The notes beneath the pieces are model-generated. The model was given only the letters and a program-made list of their open reading frames with translations, ran no database searches and was not told where the DNA came from. A stretch of 64,000 nt of DNA, taken from assembly GCA_964016885.1 (NCBI GenBank), contig OZ024741.1:203112001-203176000 (forward strand). Reading direction: 5' to 3'. Below, piece after piece: positions 1 to 12,020 of this stretch. Every line of letters starts with the position of its first letter. Positions within the stretch are counted from its first letter, which is position 1. Made by a program: the position numbers and the translations under genes. The DNA comes from Eledone cirrhosa. Lineage: Eukaryota.

Positions 1-465
1 AATAGAAAATTCGATTTGGGGACAGCCTGCAAATATGGGATTATGTCAATAGCAGACGGTCCCCGAATTTGGGGACCGTCTGCTATCCATATAACACCAA
101 AGTAGCAGGCTGTGTACGAATCGAATTTTCTATTTTCTATTTTTTTCTATTTATTATCATCTACTCTCTGATTTAATCCTGTTACATAATTCTGCAAATA
201 ACACCTGATGCGATCACCTTGTCTTGCATCATAATCGGATGAGGGAGTTGAACCATCGAAATATGTATTGTAATTTCGCTGAATTAAAATTCTAGCCTTC
301 TGTTGTTGCTTTAGTGAATATTTTACTCCGTTTCTGCACCAACCACTGGATACCGCATCTACTATGGAAGACTTGCATAACGTTGAGTGCTTTAATTAAT
401 TTGTTGCATCATCGCTTAGCAGCCAGAACCCCCAGTTCTACCCATTGGTAAGCAATCTAAAACGC
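1..465 (+). mobile_element. PLE-like terminal remnant: imperfect hairpin (1-134) plus degenerate hammerhead motif
   Basis: 1-134 is an inverted repeat centred on CCCC-GAATTT-GGGG. CGGATGA (236-242)...GAAA-TATG-TA (258-267) has the same 3' core as the motif at 45525-45561. Confidence 0.45.
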
Positions 466-1477
466 ACACGCGCACACATACCCCCCCCCCCCCCCCCATA
501 TATATATATATATATTCGCTCGAATCTAGCTGTCGAAACGGCCGAGGCTCAGCTGCCGGGGTCCCGAATCTTTTCATATATATATATATGGGGGTGCGAA
601 TGAGGCGGGGTGTAGTTGATTCCACAACAATTTCCAAATCATACTAGAGAACATGTGTTTCACCTAAAGAGGATTTTTCGATAATATTAATGAAAATTAT
701 TGTGTATAGTGCTTTAGGAGCATTGAGCAGATTATGAATTTTGAATACGTTACCTTAAAGTTAACAGCTTCAACGCAGGTTTTTTTACTATGAATAGACT
801 AACAAAATGTGAATATAAGTCACCCCCAATTTTTTACTGTCTCTAGGGGTTATATGCCCAACCTGTTAGACTATATATAAGCACACAGGAGAAACTCCAG
901 AGTAGCGAGTCAAGGCTTGACCCTAATAAAGGGTGTATGTTTATGTATTTATGTATACATAGAGAGTGAGAGAGATTTATATAGGGTAAGGGAGGAGATT
1001 GATAAGTTTCTCTACATATAGCCTCCAATATTCTTTATGTATTTTTACTTTTCATTTGTATTTTGTTTGTTTGTTTTATATATTTTCTTATTTCTCTTTT
1101 ATTTCATTAAAAAAGTAAGCGTTATCTCAATTTTTTTTTGAGGGAGGGTGGTTCTATTAAGGGTTTTTTCTTTACTCCCCCCATCTATAGTCTTCACATT
1201 CACTCCTCTCTTTTATACTTCGTTTATAGCCACCACTCCACTCAACCCTTCCTTTTTTCTTCTTATGCCTTCCTTCATACCTACCCCACCCTTTAGTCTT
1301 TTCTACCCCCACCCTCTCTCATACAACATTTATGACCACCGCTCCAGCCACCCACCACTCATCCTCTCCAGAATTAGTATTTTTTATTTTTGCTTTTCAC
1401 AACGAATCTTCAAAACAACTTACGTTCTTTCACTTCCGGTACAGACTTCTAATACAGGCTCCCTTCTTTATCATGAT

Positions 1478-1691
1478 ACTACTACCACCTACACCACTAC
1501 CACAACTACTACTGTTGCTTCTGCTGCTACTGATACCCCCAACATCATCACCACCACCACCACCACCACCTCCTCCTCATTTACTTCTGCTCCTCCTGCT
1601 GCTGCTGCTGCTGCTATTACTACTACTACTACTACTACTAATAATAATAATAATAATGCTACTGCTGCTGCTTCTGCTGCTGCTGCTGCTG

Positions 1692-1738
<47 letters not shown>

Positions 1739-1748
1739 GCTCCTGCTG

Positions 1749-1804
<56 letters not shown>

Positions 1805-1805
1805 G
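1478..1805. repeat. Compound trinucleotide microsatellite (ACT/GCT/AAT/ACC)n
   Basis: Direct reading; it produces the poly-Thr, poly-Leu and poly-Ser ORFs in three frames. Confidence 0.95.
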
Positions 1806-2474
1806 TTCACAGAGATCTAAATAAGAGAATAACTCGTAGTAGCCGTCCGCTATGGTGGTTTGCTTTCATAAACGCCACCTCCATCAAAACGACCCCGACG
1901 CCACCACCTCCTCATCACTTTTATTGCTATAATTATTTCGAAACAAAAACAAAAAGTATAAAAATAAAAATAAAAGAAAACGTTAAAAAGTAAAAACAAT
2001 AAGATTAAAGTAGATAAAAGAAAAAATACAGAAAAAAAAAGAGAGAAAAATAAAACAAGGAAAATAGAGCTCCCCCACCGAACTCCTGCTCCCCTCCACC
2101 CTACTCCACCTCCATCTCCATTTCTATCTTCAATCCACATCTTCCCCACTCCACATTATCTCCACTCAAACTCACCACCACCACACGTAGCCTAACTCCA
2201 CCCTACCTCCACCCACCCCAACTCCACTCCACCCCTATATCTACTTCACCTCCACCCTACTCAGCCCCCCCCGCCTCATATAACCTCACCCACCCTAACC
2301 CATCTCACCCTGCCTCACCCTACCCCCACCCAGCTCCACCCTTCCCCGTTCTTTTCTTTTCTTCATTTCCGCATTAAACCTCACGAGAGACATCCAGATT
2401 GCCCCCCCCCCCATCCACCCCTTTAAAAAATATTCCCCAGATAACATTTTTTACTTGAAAATATTGTTTCGTTC

Positions 2475-2505
<31 letters not shown>

Positions 2506-2602
2506 AACCATAATCACCATCATCATTATCATCATTATTGTGATCATCAATACCACCACCATCACCACCCTTCTCCCCCTCCTAATCATCATCATCATCA
2601 TC
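2475..2602. repeat. (CAT)n microsatellite
   Basis: Direct reading. Confidence 0.9.
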
Positions 2603-2666
2603 CTTTATATGTATCTCGGGACCCTTATTTTCATTATATGCATTTACTGTACTATTGAGATTGACA

Positions 2667-3530
2667 ACGCCTGGCTTAATAGTTAGGGTGTTCGGCTCAC
2701 TATCTTACGAGCAAGAGTTCGATTCACGGCGGCTCGTTGTGTCTTTGAGCAAGACATCATATTTCACGCTGCTCCAGTCTACTCAGCTTGAAAGAAAATG
2801 GGCTACACCTGTTATTCAAAGGTTCAACCTCGTCACTCACAGTGTCATGTTTAAGCTCCCCGAGAATTAGGTTATGGGTAAACTATCTGTGGAATAAACT
2901 GCGGAGTAAACTATCGCTCTAGGTTGGACAGCTTTCAACAACAACAAGGAAGTATTAACATCAAAATGAGTTTCCTATCATTTGAAGGCTAAGATCTTTG
3001 ATACTTACAGCCTACCAGTTGTGTTATATGGTCTTGACTGTGTTAATTGGACGACAAGGTCACTTCAGAAGCTCTCTACATTCCAGAAACACATCATGAG
3101 ACTTATGACTGGCAAGTGGCTCAGGGGCCGTATCTGTATCAGTGAGCTGCTCAACATTACCAAACTTAGACCAATTACATCAATTGTCAAGTTAACAGTA
3201 CTCAAACTATACGGCTATATAAAAAGACAACTCATGGTGTGAGTAGGTTATGCCTGGAAGGAAGGTTAGCTGGTAAGAGAAGCAGAGGCTGGTAGCCAAA
3301 ACGATGGCTTGACAATGTCAACTTATGGACTGGACTTGATCTTTGCTCTTTGATCTCTGCTGCTGGTGATCGAACTTTGTTGAGAGAGATATCACATGTT
3401 AATGCGTAGTCTGCAACTGGCGGAGTTTAGCGTCACAAGAAGATCTGTGGAATTCTCAGGCATTTGCATGTTAATTTCATGAGCAAGCTGTGAAATTAAC
3501 ACTCGTCGTCAAAACTGACGAAGGTCCAAA
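2667..3530 (+). mobile_element. tRNA-derived SINE (family B) split by an RTE insertion
   Basis: A-box-like TGGCTTAATAG and B-box GAGTTCGATTC, then TTGAGCAAGACA. The SINE resumes after 3443. Related pieces lie at ~3560-3720, 26228-26325, 38240-38575(-), 39330-39545 and 59935-60075. Confidence 0.7.
2896..3442 (+). mobile_element. 5'-truncated RTE-clade LINE, 3' fragment
   Basis: KAKIFDTYSLPVVLYGLDCVNW...LSTFQKHIMR is the post-RT RTE motif. An 11-bp TSD ATCTGTGGAAT lies at 2885-2895 and 3443-3453. Confidence 0.85.
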
Positions 3531-4194
3531 ACATATATAAATGACAAGTTGTTGGTAGAAATATTATCCTTGTCACACAGTGTCACTCTGAATCTCCATG
3601 AGATCTACGTTAAGGGTATAGGTGTCTGGAAAGTTCAGACATTTGCGTATTAATTTCAAAAGTAGGCTGTTCTGTTGATCAAACAACTGGAACATTCGCC
3701 ATTGACAGCGGCGGAGGTTCAATATAACATATTACATTACTGCAGAGAGCAGTTATGTGTGTCTTGTAGTCGCGCAGTGTTTAGTTTTGTTTTTGTGTTT
3801 TCTGTTGTATTGAAAGTATTTTCTATAATACCCAGGAGTGCTGTTTACTGTATGTTGTGTTTTGTGTAAATTCCAGGGGTTTTCGTTACTGAGTTTGTGT
3901 GTAAATTCTTGGGAGCCTTGGTTGCTGTGTTTGTGTGTAAAGTCATGGGGTTTGGGTTCTCTGTTTGTATGCATGGGCTTTTTTTCTCAAATTCACTCTT
4001 TAGATTGGCAGAATCGTTAAATTCGTCGAACACAATGCTTTGCGGTATTTGTTTCGGCTCTCTGTTTACAGATTTTCATACCTGGATAACTGCTCGATTT
4101 CTATTTGAGATGCAGCTTTAGGTTTTGGGGCTGGTGTTTCAGTTAGGAGATACCTCTTTTTGGACTGTATATTAGTTGCACAGTTCTTGATTAG

Positions 4195-4410
4195 CTTGGA
4201 TCAGCAGTATCAGTAGAGCGCAGGACAAAATGCTTTGCGGTATATATTTACAACTTTCTACGTTCTGAATTCAAATCCCCTCGTATTTAACTTTGTCTTA
4301 GATCCTTCCAGGGTTGATAAAGTAAAATACCAGTTAAATACTGAGCTTGATATAATCGGTTTTTGCCTTCCCCCATATTGCTGGGCTTGTGTCAATGCTA
4401 AAAATAATTA
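4195..4410 (+). mobile_element. tRNA-derived SINE family A, diverged copy
   Basis: GTTCTGAATTCAAATCC B-box and GATAAAGTAAAATACCAGT body match the family consensus. Confidence 0.75.
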
Positions 4411-4469
4411 TTATCGTTCTTATTCAACAGTTTCTTTTAATTTATGTCGTATATAAAGAGAAGATAATT

Positions 4470-6885
4470 CCCATAACACCTCATCCTCAGGTGACGGATG
4501 GAGAAACGACCTTCATATCTAAAGGTTAGCTGCGAATATACTGAATAAATAGTTGCCCTTTGGTAATACTACCTGGCAGCCACCCATCTGGAAGCATAAA
4601 TGGGAATTGTGCTAAAAAGTGAACACCGATGAGCAACCCTCTCACTTTTCAGTGCTTGTTTGCCTTGCAGAAGAACCAATAATCAGGTCAACGGTAGGAG
4701 ACCTCCGCCTCCATCTGTGGGACATTGCGCCTGTGGGGGTCCTGGCAATTCATCACAATATGTTTGCTGATACAAAACATGACTGGTACAAACAGTTCCA
4801 TTAAAGCCCGTAATTTTGTCCTTGCATGGTCCTGAAGAAGGCTCAACTTCTTCCGAAGATGATGTTCTAAATCCAACTGGACGAGCATCCTCCGATAACA
4901 GAACCAAGTGAGAACTATCTCGACCAAAGAGACGATACACCTTCAGCTCTCTAAACTGCCGTTCACTCACATCCTACTTTTCCTGTGAGGAGCTCAACAA
5001 TCATATAAACACCTATAACACTGCGATTGTATGTGTTCGTGAACACCGATTTATCCGCAAAGCAAATGATTCAGACATAATCGGCCATAACATTGACAAA
5101 ACACACTTTACTTCATCAGCATCAAAAAATGACATCAGTGCTCCAATTGAAGGAGTTGGTTTCACAGTACAAATACATCTCCTTTCTCTACTTACAAAGG
5201 TTACTAAGGTCAATGACTGGATTGTCACAGCAGTATTCAAGGGAAATACCCAAACTGTTGTTATAAGCTGCTATTGACCCCACAATCACCTGCTGGGAGA
5301 GGAAGTGGAACAGTTTTCCCATCAACTGAGTGCCACTGTTTCTGAAGTACCCCATATGCCATGCTAATTATTGGAGAAGAATTCAACGGGCAAATTAGGG
5401 GCAAATTTTCATACCACCAAAGTACTAACATAAACAGCATATTTCTAGAAGAGTTTCTACATCAACATAATCATCTAGCCAGAAATACCATTTTCCAGAA
5501 ACCGAAACAGAAACTGTGGACTTGGAAACACCCAACTGGGCATCTTTCCCAAATTGATTTTATCAATTACAGGAAACGATGGAGAATCAACATTAATGAT
5601 TGTCAGGCACATACTTCCTCTGTGGTTGTAGAGGGAAATCACAACTTCATCTAACCAAAGTTAAACTTAGCCTTTGCTCAAACAGGAGATCTAATAAGAA
5701 ACAGCATTTCTAGAGGGCGCTAAGGGAATATGAGAACCTTGCAAGAACAATTGACGACTGAATTGCTGATAAATTTCAATCCTTGCCAGCTGAAGAGAAA
5801 AATTATACTTCATTTATGTCAATCTGTAATGAAGTGGGTAAAGAAATCCTACCAGGATGTCACAATTGTGCGACACCCGCTGTGGAAAGTGCAGCATGGT
5901 TACAGTCAGAAACGATACTCTCAAATCTACAGTTTCAGATGTACACCATCAGCAGAAAATTCAGCGCTATACTTTCGACCATCTGGCGGATGAAAAAAAT
6001 CAACCAAACCCTGGCTGATTTTGAGAAGAGTACTCCCACTTCCTCCCCAGAGAAGCTTGAAGACTGATAAAAGAACTATTTGGTGAGATGAAAAAGAATG
6101 TGGTATATATCGAAGAAGAAAACTGCCTTGTGACTTGAAATGATAACTTTCTCAAACTCCTATCAGCTGACGATCATTGTGAGCCCGACGTAGCGATTGA
6201 CCCATTGTTTGAAGCCCATTCAGAGATAAGCATCACTGAATTCTCTATAGAAATGGTGGACAATGCACAAAAGCCGATGAAGCCAGGCAAAGCTTGATGG
6301 CCTAACAATAGACTTATGGAAACTACACAAAGCACGTAAGTTTCTAAGAGATTTGTGCATAGAAACCCTTGAAGATCACAGGCTTGAGGAATGGGGAATA
6401 TCAGGAAGAGTGCTAATACTCAAGAAAGGAAACCCACCATCTGCACCAACTATAGCAGCATCAGTCTTACGCAAATTGTAGCAAAGGCATACAGTAGCTA
6501 TGATCATACGTTCCAGCCAAAAGGATTTCGGCCCTTTCGCTCTATTACCACACACATCTTGGCTCCAAGAAAGATTTTTGAGGAGGTAATGAATCCCAAG
6601 AAGGAAACAACAATTGTATTCATAGGTTTCAAGAAGGCTTTTGATTTGATCGTCCGAAAGATACTCAAAATTCTTCTTACTTATGAGATACCGCGTCAGA
6701 TCGTGAATGTAATTAAGTCATGTATGAGAATATTTCAGCGCTTATAATGACACCCGAAGGAAATTCGGCCTATTCTCGATTGATACCGGAGTTCTCCAGG
6801 GATATCCTCCGCCCCCCCCCCCCCTTTTTGTGTTATGCCTTGATTATGCACTGCGCAATGCCATTGCACCATCAGACGAGATAAC
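4470..6885 (+). mobile_element. Decayed RTE-clade LINE (APE endonuclease + N-terminal RT)
   Basis: Endonuclease motifs CVREHR, IIGEEFNG and WTWKHPTGHLSQIDFI. RT motifs NYSSISL, GFRPFRS, FIGFKKAFD and TGVLQG. Many stops and frameshifts. Confidence 0.9.
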
Positions 6886-6894
6886 GCTGACAAG

Positions 6895-7795
6895 CTAAGG
6901 GCTGTCTCTCCTATGTATGTCGTTGTCTTGTTCCTGCACCGTCTTTCTGTATATCTTACCCTATCGACTACATTTCTAGTTTTAGAGTTTATGTGCGAGC
7001 TTACCTTACAGACTATACAGTTTCTATCAGCACAAGGGCTTTTTCTAAAGGGGCATGTTCTACTGATCCGAGATTTTATGGGTGTTCCTGGTATTTCTTC
7101 TACTATAATTCTTAGGTTCATTTTGTCTAAAGCTATTCTAAAGTGGTACACTAGTTCGCCTCTAGGGGTAGCATGGACGAGCATGACACTTTGATATTCT
7201 TGGCTGTCATACCAAGAATTAGCCTTTTCCGTCTTCTTCTTGGTCCTTTCTATGCTCTTCCACGATTTGCTCCTGTACAGTGACCAAATCCAATTCGCTT
7301 CAATCTCTGTAGTGGTTTTCAGTTGAGTCATGACTCCTTTATACACCCTGATCCTATCTCTTTGGTTGTAACCAGAGAACTTCATACGGTGGATGGAGTG
7401 TTGTATGTGTCTCTTTAACTCTGTAGGATCGCATTTCTCATCACCCTTACTAGGTCTGCTATCTAGACATTGAACTTGCCATTATCTGAGATAGCTGAAC
7501 TCAAGTGGATCGAGTACTTTGAGGCCATAGGTTTGGTAAAGAGTCTGTCTCTAACACAGGTAGTCTACGGTTGGGCTACTTATTGGGATAGTATACTTTT
7601 ACTTTAATGCTATGGTGGATGGAGTAGCTAGTTGCTGGATGCTCTCCATGGCGTTAGCTTCTAGTTCCCGTTCATGGGTACTCTCTCGCGAGGATGTTTT
7701 AACCACTATATTGATATCATCGACATAGCGAGAGTACATGTCTATGACTATGGTGTTTGCAACTGAGCGTTCCTTATATAGGGCGAAAATCTGCA
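6895..7795 (-). mobile_element. Penelope-like element fragment (RT C-terminal half + GIY-YIG endonuclease)
   Basis: YSRYVDDINIVVK (RT catalytic motif) in ORF 7599-7796. CIVC...NVVDRVRY...C...YIGETA (GIY-YIG with Cys linker) in ORF 6735-7385. Confidence 0.85.
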
Positions 7796-7959
7796 TTCTC
7801 CTCGCTTTTTACTTAATTCCCAGCACTTGATGAAACAGACGTGTTTACGCCATGAAACTGGTGGTAATGCAGAAATGATTCAGTCTGTTAATATACATGC
7901 TTTCAACTTCCACAGTATGCGTTGATGGTTCTTTCCTTTCGTTTGTACCCACACCTGTG

Positions 7960-7960
<1 letters not shown>

Positions 7961-8003
<43 letters not shown>

Positions 8004-8132
8004 TATGTGTGTATATGTATGTGAATATGTATATATATATATGTATATATATACTTATATATATATATATATACACACAAGCATACACATATTACTATCT
8101 ATATATGTAAGTGTATATTTATGTGTATACAT

Positions 8133-8208
<76 letters not shown>

Positions 8209-8218
8209 ATACACATAA

Positions 8219-8290
<72 letters not shown>

Positions 8291-8344
8291 TCATACATGT
8301 ATGCTCGCGTGAGTCGGCACGCGTCCTTCTCTGTGTGTGTGTGT

Positions 8345-8380
<36 letters not shown>
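7961..8380. repeat. Compound (TA)n/(CA)n microsatellite block
   Basis: Direct reading; similar blocks occur throughout the window. Confidence 0.95.
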
Positions 8381-8382
<2 letters not shown>

Positions 8383-8771
8383 TTTGCACTTGAACGAGTA
8401 TTCTATTAGTATTTACAGCAGCATCTAGAGGGCATTAGATAGATTATAGAACATATTGCAGACTGCCCATCTTTCCCTAATTCTCCAGGCTTGTTCTTTG
8501 CAGACGTCTAACAGAAGGTAAAATATGTATATTTTCCTTACTGAAAAACTGTCCAATTCCAGATATTCTGCAATAAGGAATCTATCCAGGCGAAATTATA
8601 CAAAACATATATGCAAACAAACAACAACAACAAAAAGGAAAATAAAAACCGCGTCTTTATTACCACACACGTGCCATAATATTTAGAGTAAACCATAGCG
8701 TAGAGATTTAGCATACAGTATATCATTCTATACACGTACACACGCATATGCTTATTCACATTCACACACAC

Positions 8772-8821
<50 letters not shown>

Positions 8822-8884
8822 TATAAAAATCTTGTACATACACATGCTCACATCCACACTAGTCATTGTATATTTCTACACAAT

Positions 8885-8939
<55 letters not shown>

Positions 8940-9294
8940 ATAAAAGAAGACTAGCAAAGTGCCATATGTTTGGTGTTTATATTCAATGGTGTGTGATAGA
9001 GTTCGCTGGAGCGAAGGGCGAAAGTAGCAGAGCAGGCCTGCCTGCCTGGTGGCTTCACAAACAATTCCTTGATAGCAATTAAAATACGGAGTTGCGGCTA
9101 TATAAATCATCTTCAAATCTCCTATGTAATCTGAGTTTCCTTCTTACATACAGTTTATTTTATGTTAAGTTACAAAGATTACTAGTATTTCTGTTGCATT
9201 ATTTCAAACGGGCCTCTGTCCTTTTCGATGATGCGTGTTCGATTAGCCAAACAGGCCGCTCAACTAAACGGCGGTTTATTGTTTTAATTGTTAA

Positions 9295-9515
9295 TAATTG
9301 TTTCTACTTTAAGCACAAGGTCAGCAATTTGAAGGGGAGGGCAAAGTCGATTAAATTGATCCCAGTGTCTTACTGGGAGTTTATTTTATCGACTCTGTAA
9401 GGATGAAAGGTAAAGCGAACCTGGACGAGATTTGAACTCAGAACGTAAAGGGCCATAAATCTATGCTGCAAATCCTGGTATTCCACACCTTACTGATTCT
9501 GCTAATCCACCGCCC
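9295..9515 (-). mobile_element. tRNA-derived SINE family A
   Basis: Reverse complement of the family consensus (GATTTGAACTCAGAACGTAAAG...CTGCTAATCCACCGCC). Confidence 0.85.
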
Positions 9516-10143
9516 TTTTTATGGTTAATAATATATTTACAAGTGGTCAGATTGTCGCGAACATTTGCAGTGTTAAATTAACGATTTTAAAATTTTAATG
9601 CGATGTAGTCATAGTGATGTTTTGTACTTTTCAAAAATATCATTCTAATGTGGTTTCTAATGTCTTACTGGTGTGGTTTCATGTGGTGGAGGAGGTTAAA
9701 AGTTAACGTGTAAGTGGCTAAACATTCTACAATCCCGTGTATCCTTAACGTGAATCTCAAGAATACTTAGCGTGATACGGTGTGTGATATGGCTAGCCAT
9801 TGGAATTGAAGAACAGGTATAGACCACCCGATAGACTTTTCAGCAATTTCCGTCTAATTAATTTTATTCTCAAAGCCTGGGTCGACTCGAGTCTATAATA
9901 AATAACACTTACTCAAAATGCTACGCATTGGGATCGAATCGGGGACCTCGTTATTGCAAAGCGAACCTTTTAACCATTCAGACATGTATCCTTGTTGCAG
10001 TATTTATAAATATATTATATATACAAATTAATATGAATAGACGTTGGTATGGCTATCTAATTAAGGAGTTCGCTTACGAGTTCACTACCGTTGTGGGGCA
10101 CCTTGAGCAAATGACGAAAAGTGCAAAAGCCTTTCTTGTATGC

Positions 10144-10173
<30 letters not shown>

Positions 10174-10174
<1 letters not shown>

Positions 10175-10725
10175 GTATTCCTCTTTCTTCTCATGTTTTG
10201 TATACATATTTACCTCGGCTGCGTTTGTCTGTTTCTCTCTTACTGCTTCCCCGTTCTCTCTGTTTCTCTCACCTTCTTTCGCCCCCTCTGTCAGTTACAC
10301 TTTCTCTCGACTGACCTCTTCCTCGCACTTCCACTCACTCACTCTCTGTTTCTCCACTTCTCACTTCCTCCCGTTTGGCTAGAGTGGGGTCCTTTCTTGC
10401 TCACATCTCACTCACTACGGACGGTCTGTATTTTGATCGCTCATGAAATCCACCCAGCTATTGCTGACTGGATAACCATGTTGCTTGTTTTTTTCCTATC
10501 TTCGGTTTGCTTTTATCCTTCTATGTTGTTTATTTGTCTCAATCGCTTTACGCGATTCACTTGTCCCAATAGCTTTTTTTAGTTATTGCTCGCACCAACC
10601 TGAGGTATATGATTTTTAATGCGATCAAATACCAATGATGGTTGGCAAATCACTGACGAGGGACTAATTTTATCATATGTAACCCATGTGCAACCACGCA
10701 GTATTCCTCTTTCTTCTCATGTTTT
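10174..10725 (+). mobile_element. Non-coding element with 26-bp terminal direct repeat inserted in (TA)n
   Basis: AGTATTCCTCTTTCTTCTCATGTTTT at 10174-10199 and 10700-10725, with CTGACGAGGGAC at ~10653. The 3' portion is homologous to 24257-24418 and 54885-54990. Confidence 0.6.
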
Positions 10726-10833
10726 ATATATATATATAGGGAGTGTAACTTGGAGTTACTGCAGGTTCACCCGGGTGAGCACTCGATGTTTAGGTTCACT
10801 TCTGTGTTGAGGTGTAGAGCTAGACAGAGTGTA

Positions 10834-11059
10834 ATATATTGAAAGGATAATAAGGACGATTGGTTACCCCTTCATTACATTTATTGGTAGGTGACAAGCG
10901 TTTCGCCACTGATCAGCTAAAGGTTCGATCTGTATCGATCTTACCCGACTCAATAATCGGCAGCTCGACGGACCCTTTAAAATGGTATAATATATAAACG
11001 CGCGTCACCTACCAATAAATGTAATGAAGGAGTAACCAATCGTCCTTGTTATCCTTTCA

Positions 11060-11066
<7 letters not shown>
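10834..11066. mobile_element. Fold-back PLE-type terminal remnant with hammerhead 3' halves
   Basis: Arms ~10834-10903 and ~10996-11066. GAAAC-GCTT-GTC (-) and AAAC-GCGC-GTC (+) are each followed by ACCTACC-AATAAA. The right arm abuts (TA)n. Confidence 0.65.
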
Positions 11067-11139
<73 letters not shown>

Positions 11140-11140
11140 T

Positions 11141-11183
11141 TTCCTGATGATTTCCCCCGAATGAAACAGTTCTAGTCCTGTAG
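11141..11183 (+). ncRNA. Type I hammerhead ribozyme core (stem I 5' strand truncated)
   Basis: CTGATGA 11144-11150, GAAA 11163-11166, C-AGTTCTA-GTC ending at 11177. A homolog lies on the - strand at ~50241-50280. Confidence 0.6.
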
Positions 11184-11339
11184 AAGCCATTTATATATTA
11201 AATATCTATGCTTTGCTATGTATTGAGTACCCCACTGACTGTGGTTACCCCCAATTGACCCTGGGATAAACATATATATTAGAAAGTGACGTTTTTTTAC
11301 AAAATGAAAAATAACCGAAGTGTCCTACACGAGTGAAAG

Positions 11340-11620
11340 TATAAAGAAAAAAAGATGAAATCGAAAATGCAACTGGAGTTTTATTTAAAAATATATATAT
11401 TTATTTGGTTCCTTTACCGGTTTCGCAGTTCTTCTGCTTTTCAAAAGTAGAGTTGAGATGGAGGGTCTGTGGTTTTTCTCACATGTGAGACCCTCCATCT
11501 CAACTCTACTTTTGAAAAGCAGAAGAACTGCGAAACCGGTAAAGGAACCAAATAAATATATATATTTAAAAAAAAATAAGACTCCAGTTGCATTTTCGAT
11601 TTCATCTTTTTTTCTTTATA
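11340..11620. mobile_element. Fold-back insertion with hammerhead 3' half
   Basis: Arms of ~130 bp around a ~20-nt spacer. GAAA-CCGG-TA-AAGG at 11532-11545 is followed by AATAAA, and the right end runs into (TA)n. Confidence 0.7.
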
Positions 11621-11784
11621 TATATATATATATATATATAATGAAATACTGTTGGCTTCTTGCTCACAATAATTTCTATACTTTTCATTTATATATATAT
11701 ATATATGGTGCTATTAAGTTAGACATGGCCTGGGCCAACACTGGCCAAAACATTTCAAAGTTATTCAAAGTTATATATATATAT

Positions 11785-12020
11785 AACGGAGGAAATGTGG
11801 TAAGGAACCAGGTGGACCATAACGCACCAAAGTACTCAATACTTAGAGTAGTAGAGTGGGTAATAGGAACGAGTAGGACCCCGACGGCTGAGCTCAAGCC
11901 GTTTCGACGGCTAATTCTGGACTAAAAAAAAAAAAAAAAAAAAAAAAATGATTTTTTTTTTAGTCCAGAATTAGCCGTCGAAATGGCTTGAGCTCAGCCG
12001 TCGGGGTCCTACTCGTTCCT
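11785..12020. mobile_element. Fold-back insertion, GAAACGGC...GCCGTC hammerhead-half family
   Basis: Inverted arms joined by A(n)-TGA-T(n) and flanked by (TA)n. Homologous to 42770-42955, 50315-50370 and 515-575. Confidence 0.75.

Noticed and set aside
1148-1993. 281-aa Thr/Ala-rich mucin-like ORF
   Set aside because: It is open only because of trinucleotide microsatellites. It has a GTG start, no domain, and overlapping frames that are equally open.
7880-8409. Numerous YI/CV/HT-repeat ORFs here and elsewhere
   Set aside because: They are dinucleotide-repeat translation artefacts.
8415-8435. CTCF-like motif TGCCCTCTAGATGC (-)
   Set aside because: A single imperfect short match, expected by chance.
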